Virus record (IMG/VR): IMGVR_UViG_2061766007_000877
From: an uncultured virus (IMG/VR IMGVR_UViG_2061766007_000877)
Taxonomy: Duplodnaviria; Heunggongvirae; Uroviricota; Caudoviricetes
Direction: 5' to 3' (one strand)
Length of the DNA stretch: 64,000 nucleotides
The position numbers and the translations under genes are program-made. Numbering within the stretch: the first letter of the stretch is position 1; each line of letters begins with the position of its first letter. The notes beneath the pieces were generated by a model. That model was not told where the DNA came from, ran no database searches, and was given only the letters and a program-made list of their open reading frames with translations. Below are positions 57,229 through 64,000 of the stretch, piece after piece.

Positions 57229-57599
57229 ANNNNNNNNNNNNNNNNNNNNTAGAACAGCGTATTACTCGTCTCGAAAGATTACTACAGTGTGATAATAAAT
57301 CCTGTAATAAACACATGAAGTTTGAAGCACGTGAAGCTCTCGACATTGATGGTGATGTAATTACACAGTTCAGTTGGGTAATAGATGCTGACGGTGAAAA
57401 GTGGAAAGTTATTAAAGTAGCTCCACTAGATGTGATGCTCAATAAAGCGTCTTTTGATAATCGTAGAGAAGTTTCAGAATATATAAATGATAATCATTTA
57501 TATGATCGTAATCTAATGCAGCGTACTGTGGTACTTATGCGATCAGATGACGGCACACAGGTTTTATGCCTAGAGCCTGAAATATTAGAGATAGTGTAA
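57229..57599 (+). CDS. Small leader-bearing protein (start at the N-gap)
   Basis: LEQRITRLERLLQCDNKSCNKHMKFE|A is in frame with ORF 57315. GAGG RBS at about 57220. Confidence 0.7.
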
Positions 57600-57619
57600 A
57601 TAATTAAGGCTATAACAGT

Positions 57620-57663
57620 AAACCCATAGAGACAATTAAATCTCTATGGGTTTTGTTGTATAT
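57620..57663 (+). terminator. Hairpin terminator followed by TGTATAT
   Basis: AAACCCATAGAGA-CAATTAAA-TCTCTATGGGTTT, then TGTTGTATATAAAT. Confidence 0.75.
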
Positions 57664-57722
57664 AAATATTGTTAATTTTCATTAGCACTATTGCAATACA
57701 GTAAAACAGCACCAACTAAATA

Positions 57723-57983
57723 ATGNNNNNNNNNNNNNNNNNNNNNNNNNNNNNNNNNNNNNNNNNTGAATTTGTTTTAATAAAATTCTACACAAGACAT
57801 GTGTATGATCCTAAGAAAGGTGGATATTATCCATACACTGAATATATGGTTGGGCAACTTGAATCTGGAACTTCTGTTGAAAATAGTGAGTGGCTTTTAA
57901 GTGATTTAGAGAATTGTTACGATCCTAAAGCATACTTTGACTCTTGGATGTATATTAAAGATATAGAAGCTTCTTGTGATTAG
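57723..57983 (+). CDS. Hypothetical protein
   Basis: Small ORF at the start of a dense small-gene cluster. Partly N. Confidence 0.5.
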   Translation: MXXXXXXXXXXXXXXEFVLIKFYTRHVYDPKKGGYYPYTEYMVGQLESGTSVENSEWLLSDLENCYDPKAYFDSWMYIKDIEASCD

Positions 57984-58010
57984 AAGCTAGAGACAGCATA
58001 GAAGATCTTC

Positions 58011-58322
58011 TTGATNNNNNNNNNNNNNNNNNNNNNNNNNNNNNNNNNNNNNNNNNNNNNNNNCAAAATTGACTGCAATTGGAAAACAGGTAACTGTTAT
58101 TATTTTGCAGTTATCTTAGCAGAACGATTTAAGAATTACGATCCTGTATTATATTATGACACAGTTGATGGGCATTTCATTACAAAGATCAATGGNNNNN
58201 NNNNNNNNNNNNNNNNNNNNNNNNNNNNNNAGTATGTCAGCAAATACATAATGAAATGGTCTGATCTCTATAACAGAGATTCACTTTGGGGCGATAGAAT
58301 TATTAGGGATGTTATTTTATAA
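58011..58322 (+). CDS. Hypothetical protein (GNCYYFA...GHF motif, papain-like catalytic dyad possible)
   Basis: GNCYYFAVIL...DGHFITKI. Start uncertain. Confidence 0.5.
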   Translation: MXXXXXXXXXXXXXXXXXKIDCNWKTGNCYYFAVILAERFKNYDPVLYYDTVDGHFITKINXXXXXXXXXXXXXYVSKYIMKWSDLYNRDSLWGDRIIRDVIL

Positions 58323-58334
58323 GGAGATATTAGT

Positions 58335-58727
58335 ATGAGTGATGATATGAGTAAACATGGCGTAATTCCATGCACAATTTTAGTTGACAATTTTGCAAGC
58401 GGTCTTAGGGTTATTGCAGAAGGACGACAAGATGCACCTTATATTGAAAATCTTAAGGTAGGCCAGTACTTATATGCTATAACAATAGATGATACACTCT
58501 CTAAGTGTAATATGTTTTATGCAATGGCTTCTTACTTTGCACCTGACTACAGCTATGAATATGTATGTGAACAGGCTGATTGCATGGTTAAATTGTTGTG
58601 TCGTCGTGTAAACGTCTCAAAAGCTGTCAAAGAAGATGAGCATACTGTGCATTGGTACAAAACTGATTATGACAGTGAGCCTATTTATAAACGTGAAGTT
58701 GAAAAGATAAAGGCAATGTGTAATTAG
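58335..58727 (+). CDS. Hypothetical protein
   Basis: 130-aa ORF with AAGGAG RBS. Confidence 0.65.
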   Translation: MSDDMSKHGVIPCTILVDNFASGLRVIAEGRQDAPYIENLKVGQYLYAITIDDTLSKCNMFYAMASYFAPDYSYEYVCEQADCMVKLLCRRVNVSKAVKEDEHTVHWYKTDYDSEPIYKREVEKIKAMCN

Positions 58728-58739
58728 AGGCGTAATACT

Positions 58740-59180
58740 ATGAAAGATGGTGTATTAAGAGAGCTTAGTTTCCCAATTATGGAGCTTAATGTAATTCCAC
58801 GCAGTCGCATACTATATTCAAGAAGTCTCATTGAAAATAAAGTGATTCCATTTGCACATGATATACTTGGTGAACTTAATCCTAATCTTGAAGAGAGATT
58901 TGATATTTATTACCAGTATGTGGCATTCTTAATTGACAAAGTTTATATCACTCATACAAAAGATGATAGCAGAGTAACTGTATGGCTTGATGCTAGCGTG
59001 CTTGATACGCCATGTGGTCGATTACTTAATAAAGCTCTTAATGAAAATCTTCATATTCAATTTTCATTAAGAGCTATGGCTAACTATACAAAGTTAGAAG
59101 GGTTTGAAATTGCACGTGAAGATGGGTTTGATTTTATCACTATAGATGCTTATGTGAAGGATAAGAGGCTATATGAATAG
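58740..59180 (+). CDS. Degenerate T4 gp21-like prohead protease paralogue
   Basis: R..YSR, ILGELNPN (canonical LGELxHP), VLDTPCGRLL, FSLRAM (canonical xSSRG), DFITIDA. Confidence 0.7.
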   Translation: MKDGVLRELSFPIMELNVIPRSRILYSRSLIENKVIPFAHDILGELNPNLEERFDIYYQYVAFLIDKVYITHTKDDSRVTVWLDASVLDTPCGRLLNKALNENLHIQFSLRAMANYTKLEGFEIAREDGFDFITIDAYVKDKRLYE

Positions 59181-59454
59181 ACAACTGGCTGTAGAATTAT
59201 TGTCTTCAGATGATTGGAAAGAGCAATTCAAAGGCTATTACAATTTATTGAAATTAAACAAACACAGATTGTTAGAAGCTCTCAATAGAGAGTATAGCAA
59301 AGAGTTTGTAGACATACTAGAGTTAGAGTTTTCAGCATTAAACGATTATATTACATCTATTGACCGTCATATAGACTTCTTTAGCAAAGGTATATACGGT
59401 AAAGAATATTACGGACTAACCTGTAGAGAGTATATGGAAAATGAAAAGACATAA
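59173..59454 (+). CDS. Hypothetical protein
   Basis: Overlapping small ORF with GAGG RBS. Confidence 0.55.
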   Translation: MNRQLAVELLSSDDWKEQFKGYYNLLKLNKHRLLEALNREYSKEFVDILELEFSALNDYITSIDRHIDFFSKGIYGKEYYGLTCREYMENEKT

Positions 59455-59763
59455 GACAAGATGTAGTCTAAAGTTTGATGTAAATAATCATATAGTAATT
59501 ATTAGTTTATTCTCGCAATGTGTTACATCTAACCCGCAAGAAAGATCATATCGAAAGAAGCTGTGCAAGGTAACATTTTCAAGTGAAGTAAAAGATAATA
59601 ATAGAGAATTTATTAAAANNNNNNNNNNNNNNNNNNNNNNNNNNNNNNNNNNNNNNNNNNNNNNNNNNNNNNTAATATATTTGGAAAACAGTATGATGCT
59701 CACTATGGAACTGCACTATCATGTAATTATAAGTTATATTTGTATCAAACAAAGATGTCTTGA
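59441..59763 (+). CDS. Hypothetical protein
   Basis: Gapped ORF; end uncertain. Confidence 0.45.
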
Positions 59764-59775
59764 GAGCATAACAAT

Positions 59776-60299
59776 ATGAAGTCGTTATCAGAAAAGCATA
59801 TTCGTGAAATAATGGATTATTTATTTGACATTAGTTGTAAAATGGCCGCTACAAAGCTCATGTATAATTATGCTGAAGAAAATGGATTAGACATTAACGC
59901 AGCGTTCAAAAATTTGTATATGGACTATGCACATGTTAAGTGTGATCTAGACGGCCTCCGTTATTGGCTTNNNNNNNNNNNNNNNNNNNNNNNNNNNNNN
60001 NNNNNNNNNCAACAGGGCATAGACCAAAAGATGGTGCAGATGTCATTTGCATATTTCACAGTGGTGAAGCTATAGAGTGCTACTACAATAAAGAGTTTGA
60101 CGACTTCATACCATACGATCAAAGGTGGGATATGCAGCCATTTCATTCAGATTGGTTTAAGGCATGGTGTTTTGATGATGGCAAGTGGTTTATTATAGAC
60201 AACGCTTACGATGACTTTATAGAGTTTTCTAAAGAGTACGGCTTTCCTGAACTGCTAAAGTCTAAAAAGAAACTGCACATACTATGTAATAAGGACTAA
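59776..60299 (+). CDS. One or two hypothetical proteins split by an N-gap
   Basis: ORFs 59776 and 59964; the boundary is hidden in the gap. Confidence 0.45.
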
Positions 60300-60304
60300 T
60301 AACA

Positions 60305-60565
60305 ATGGAAGACTTTAAGGCTGTAATTGACTGCAAAGAGTGTTCGTGCACTAAATGTGATAAAGTATATGTAGAGCTTGATAGTTCAGCTACAAGAAGC
60401 GATGTGGATTGCACTGAATTAAAGCATTTGATTGAATCTTGTAATATTCCAAGAGAGCCTATCTCATGCACAATACACATTAAAAAGAAAAGTCCTAATT
60501 ATAAAAGAATACATAAATTTTTTAAGAAGCTACTTAAAGAGTGTAACCAAAATGAGAATTTATGA
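60305..60565 (+). CDS. Small Cys-rich hypothetical protein
   Basis: CKECSCTKC motif. AAGGA RBS. Confidence 0.6.
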   Translation: MEDFKAVIDCKECSCTKCDKVYVELDSSATRSDVDCTELKHLIESCNIPREPISCTIHIKKKSPNYKRIHKFFKKLLKECNQNENL

Positions 60566-60737
60566 AGAGTCAATTGCTGCACATAACATGCACGCTATAG
60601 AATTTGCTTTGCTTGAAATGATGAATGTGTTTTATAAAATTAAATGCTGTGAAAATAAATTTATTTGTGATATTGGAAACATTATGTTTTCAAAATATGG
60701 TGAGCAGTTAAAAGATATTGTTGATAATGTGGAATAG
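60552..60737 (+). CDS. Hypothetical protein
   Basis: MRIYEES..., overlapping the upstream stop. Confidence 0.45.
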   Translation: MRIYEESIAAHNMHAIEFALLEMMNVFYKIKCCENKFICDIGNIMFSKYGEQLKDIVDNVE

Positions 60738-60740
60738 AGT

Positions 60741-60941
60741 ATGAAGATTAAAGACATTGTAAATGAACTTAACAAATATGATGAGAATACAGAAGTATTT
60801 GTATTTGATGAAGAAGGTCATGAAAGAATCGACATTGAGTTTGATGTACTAAAAGACAAGTTCTTTCTTTATGGTAAAGTACAGCCAGTTGTTATTAGAC
60901 TAATTGGCAAAGATGACTTTAAAAGAGCATTTATATTCTAA
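60741..60941 (+). CDS. Hypothetical protein
   Basis: MKIKDIVNELNKYDENTEV, a common small phage ORF type. Confidence 0.6.
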   Translation: MKIKDIVNELNKYDENTEVFVFDEEGHERIDIEFDVLKDKFFLYGKVQPVVIRLIGKDDFKRAFIF

Positions 60942-60952
60942 TAGGTATAAGT

Positions 60953-61189
60953 ATGAAGTGGCACAAATTGTCTGAAGAGCCTATACCAGAAGCATTATAT
61001 AGAATCAATTCAGCTATAGTAATAAAGAGGAAAGATGGCACGCATGATACAGTATATCCTAATAAAGATGGCTACATTGTGTTATCATTTATTTGCAATG
61101 AGCCATTAGTGATGTACAGCCCAGACTTAGACGATATACAGTATTGGGCAAGTATAGATGAAGTTTTAGAGAGTAATAGCAATGGATGA
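60953..61189 (+). CDS. Hypothetical protein (MKWHKLSE-P type)
   Basis: MKWHKLSEEPIP...IQYWASI, a DUF551-like pattern. Confidence 0.6.
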   Translation: MKWHKLSEEPIPEALYRINSAIVIKRKDGTHDTVYPNKDGYIVLSFICNEPLVMYSPDLDDIQYWASIDEVLESNSNG

Positions 61190-61244
61190 TTTTAGTATTG
61201 TAATTGATGGCAAAGATGACTTTAAAAGAACATTTATATTCTAA
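61182..61244 (+). pseudogene. 20-aa chimeric relic ORF
   Basis: MDDFSIVID resembles the 60305 start MEDFKAVID and is fused to GKDDFKRTFIF, which resembles the 60741 end GKDDFKRAFIF. Confidence 0.65.
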
Positions 61245-61255
61245 TAGGTATAGGT

Positions 61256-61540
61256 ATGACAAAGTGTTGCAGATCTTGGTGCGACAATGAAGCTTATGTT
61301 CTTAGCAGATTTGTAGACGCAGATGGAGAGCGCGATGGTTGGTGCAAAGAGTGTTGGTACGACACGTACGGCATAAAAGTATTTAAAGAACATAAATGTG
61401 CAGAATGTGGTAAAGAAATCACTGGTGATGAGTACGCACACAATATAAACTATACAAAAAGATATTGCTCTGAACGATGTCTTGCTAATGCAATAGGATA
61501 TAGATTAGTGGAGGACTTTAATGATAATGGAAGACCGTAG
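61256..61540 (+). CDS. Small zinc-finger protein
   Basis: CC..C, CKEC and CAECG...YCSERC motifs. Confidence 0.65.
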   Translation: MTKCCRSWCDNEAYVLSRFVDADGERDGWCKECWYDTYGIKVFKEHKCAECGKEITGDEYAHNINYTKRYCSERCLANAIGYRLVEDFNDNGRP

Positions 61541-62171
61541 TCGTGTATGCTGGACTGTAGTGTTTAAAGACTCTCCTTATAAAGAATTAAATGATATTCA
61601 GATTGACATAAAAGACTTTAAAGCTGGAAATGAAATGCCTTGCACTGGTTTCGGTAGACCTATAACAGAAGTTAACTTTAAAGTGCTTTACAGCGATACT
61701 GATAAACATGATAAATTTTTATCTTGGTATAAAGATGTGTTTTCTACATGCAATTCTCATTTAGGATGTATTAAAAACTATTATGCAGATGCTATGCTAT
61801 ACATGTATGATGGCAACAACGGAAAGCTTCTTCGTAAGTGTAGTATATATAGAGTATTTCCAATAGAGATGACAGACAGGTATGGTGACTATAATGAAGT
61901 AACTTTTAATTGCAATTTAGGCCCTATTAAAGATCTTACTGAAGAGGAAAAGAAAATGAATGATGAAAGAGAATTGTCCAGCATTCTTAAAAAGGCGCAA
62001 CCGTATGTTGAACTAATAAGCTTACTAGATAAAGTTGAAGAACACATTGATAAGCATGGCGTACCTTCATCATTCGAGAGTGTAGGTAAGGAATTTGCTG
62101 AGTCCTTGAATCGTTACAACAGTATTCTTAAAGACTCATGTGTTGGTATAATGAAAGACGCCTATAAATAA
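61521..62171 (+). CDS. Tail-tube (T4 gp19-like) domain protein outside the tail module
   Basis: FLSWYKDVF...G..KNYYADAMLYMYDG..GK.LRK....VFP pattern of gp19-family tubes, plus an extra C-terminal helical segment. Confidence 0.6.
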   Translation: MIMEDRSRVCWTVVFKDSPYKELNDIQIDIKDFKAGNEMPCTGFGRPITEVNFKVLYSDTDKHDKFLSWYKDVFSTCNSHLGCIKNYYADAMLYMYDGNNGKLLRKCSIYRVFPIEMTDRYGDYNEVTFNCNLGPIKDLTEEEKKMNDERELSSILKKAQPYVELISLLDKVEEHIDKHGVPSSFESVGKEFAESLNRYNSILKDSCVGIMKDAYK

Positions 62172-62214
62172 TATCTACAGAATAGTAAACGTAACCTATT
62201 TTCAAAGGAGCAGT

Positions 62215-62491
62215 ATGATACTCACATAACTTATTTCGAGCTGAGGTGATTATCANNNNNNNNNNNNNNNNNNNNNNNNNNNNNNNNNNNNNNNNNACTA
62301 ATAAGCATAGACTAGACACTTTTCTTACTGTTCTTAAAGGTTATCTGCAAGGAGCATTGGCTGTTTGCGATAGTGTAGAAGATAATAAGAATTTATTTCC
62401 GACGTGGAATGATAATGTAACCACTTATATAACAGCTGCATTAGATTTGATTTACGAAATGGAGAATTGCAATGGAAACAAACATAAGTGA
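62215..62491 (+). CDS. Hypothetical protein
   Basis: Gapped ORF. AAGGAG RBS before ATG at 62215. Confidence 0.45.
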
Positions 62492-62753
62492 TATATTATC
62501 AATAATGTCGTTATTAGAGTCAGCTGTATCAGGCAACCTATTAAACAACCAACCTGTTGATGGTCAGTTGTTTGCACTTTATTTGAATCTTAATAAAGTA
62601 ATTGCTGAGTATCTTGACAATTCAGAGCCATCTAATGACGTTGGAAAGGCTGCTCTTGAAAAGCTGCATGAATATATAAAGAATAAGCAAAGTATCTTAG
62701 ATAGGAAATGTGCACTTGATGTAACAGGTGAATATGAAGGAGTAAGTAGATAA
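62472..62753 (+). CDS. Hypothetical protein
   Basis: 93-aa ORF with GGAG RBS. Confidence 0.6.
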   Translation: METNISDILSIMSLLESAVSGNLLNNQPVDGQLFALYLNLNKVIAEYLDNSEPSNDVGKAALEKLHEYIKNKQSILDRKCALDVTGEYEGVSR

Positions 62754-63870
62754 TGTTATTCGTAAATGAAAAGTATACACCTATTCACAAAATTATGAAT
62801 GAAGCCACAATGAAAGGCGGTGGTGCAAATAGTGACTACACAAAGTACGGTTACAAATATGCACTTGCTGTTATTGACAAACTACTTAGTGGTGGCGAAG
62901 TTCGTTTAGGTGGTAAAGGTGATAGTGGCAGTGTATCTGGTAAANNNNNNNNNNNNNNNNNNNNNNNNNNNNNAAATGCACTTAAAAAGAACATTGATGG
63001 TTCAACAGTGGAAGACTTCAATGACGCTGTAAAAGACCTTAACCTTAAATGGACAAACATATTCAAAGGCGATGTTACAGGTTATTCAGATGGCTTAGCA
63101 TCAAAGAATAAAGGTAACGCATTTGAACAAGAATTTGTTGCTGACTTTGAAAAGTATGAGCCTGAAATCAAAAAGATGGTTGACTACAACGAAATCGTTG
63201 ATGTTAAACCTGATGGTGGTCTAAATCAAAAGCGACCTCTTACATTTGGCTCAGGTTCAATCACATGTGGTCCTGCAGGTGATTACAACATTGGCCACAC
63301 TGTTACAGACATTACACTTACTACTGATGAAGGTGAAAAGATTTACCTGTCATTAAAATATGGTAACACAGTTACATTCGTCAATGCAGGTATTAAGAAA
63401 CTATTCACAAAAGAATTCTTTGATGNNNNNNNNNNNNNNNNNNNNNAACCCTTCTTGATATGTTCTGCATTGATGAAGACAGATTCAGAGACGTGTTTGC
63501 AAATTACAAAGGTAAGGGTGATGGCAAACGACAGAAAGCTAACAAGCAGGTCGAAGATATCACAAGTAAATTGAAAGCTAACAAAGTATTTAAGAACTTC
63601 GTTAAATCCGTTATCGGATATGGATTTATCATGGTTCATAAAACTAGTAAAGGCGATGTAGAATTTATCAACTTCTTAGATGAAAGTGACCTTAACAAGT
63701 TCGTTTCAAAGATTGATTCTGCAACGATTCTATATCCTACTGGCGGAACTGAAAAACGTGTTGACATTGTAGTCAGATACAAGAGCATTGAAATCAAGTT
63801 CAATATTCGTAGTAAAGATGGTGGTGTATTGCCAACACACATCATGGCTGATTACAAATTTCTAAAGTAA
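62753..63870 (+). CDS. Putative PD-(D/E)xK-like nuclease
   Basis: GNAFEQ...VTDITL...IYLSLK (E...D...SxK) and KFNIRSK. Joined across gaps. Confidence 0.55.
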
Positions 63871-63881
63871 ATAGAAAATAA

Positions 63882-63922
63882 AAACCCTCTATGAAATTTC
63901 ATAGAGGGTTTAGTTGTATTAT
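63882..63922 (+). terminator. Perfect 30-bp palindrome followed by TGTATTAT
   Basis: AAACCCTCTATGAAA|TTTCATAGAGGGTTT (63882-63911), then AGTTGTATTATAA. Confidence 0.75.
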
Positions 63923-64000
63923 AAAATAATGAATTATAGGATTGACATTACAATCCAGAACTTGCCGCCGTCTGACTTAAAAGCGGCCTTTACTTTATAA

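Larger units (their letters stand above)
60906..61259 (+). repeat. 51-bp direct repeat pair (60906-60956 and 61209-61259)
   Basis: GGCAAAGATGACTTTAAAAGA[G/A]CATTTATATTCTAATAGGTATA[A/G]GTATGA, two mismatches. Confidence 0.9.

Noticed and set aside
333..63447. Many apparent frameshifts or split genes (sheath, polymerase, tape measure, nrdD, tdk and others)
   Set aside because: Every break examined coincides with an N-run of unreliable length. These are assembly or masking artefacts, not programmed frameshifts, introns or pseudogenes.
1..64000. Stop-codon reassignment, as seen in some gut jumbo phages
   Set aside because: TAG, TGA and TAA all end genes cleanly before new RBS/ATG starts, and long genes are open in the standard code.
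1..64000. CRISPR array, tRNA or rRNA genes
   Set aside because: No regularly spaced repeat-spacer pattern or cloverleaf seen by eye, and intergenic gaps are short. tRNAscan-SE was not run.
63929..64000. 23-codon ORF at the window end
   Set aside because: Too short, no clear RBS and no downstream context to support it.

Overview
This is a 64 kb, AT-rich, entirely plus-strand segment of a large contractile-tailed (myovirus/jumbo-like) bacteriophage, read in the standard genetic code. Short N-runs shift the frame and split many genes in the supplied ORF track, so I re-joined those by reading across the gaps. The left half holds a tail sheath, a family A DNA polymerase, a tape measure protein with a GH73 glucosaminidase, baseplate genes, two glycosyltransferases, two tail fibres and a fibre chaperone. 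The middle holds thymidine kinase and anaerobic ribonucleotide reductase NrdD. The most striking signal is a family of 12 otherwise diverse proteins (4161 and 41.5-57.6 kb) sharing an N-terminal leader L-E-x-R-[IVL]-x-x-L-E that ends in a Glu site (KNE/LNE/KFE/FFE/IFE/ILE/YIE). This resembles a capsid-targeting, prohead-protease-cleaved leader for head-packaged cargo. The cargo includes an RNA-ligase-like nucleotidyltransferase, four 'WC-domain + ankyrin' paralogues, an ankyrin-only protein and small acidic proteins. Also notable are a His-less prohead protease paralogue and a stray tail-tube-like gene among the small ORFs, a recurring TGTATAT promoter-like motif coupled to terminator hairpins, a Cys-rich lipoprotein, an outer-membrane beta-barrel, a SemiSWEET-like protein and a duplication/deletion scar. 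All family assignments come from motif recognition by eye; no database searches were run.
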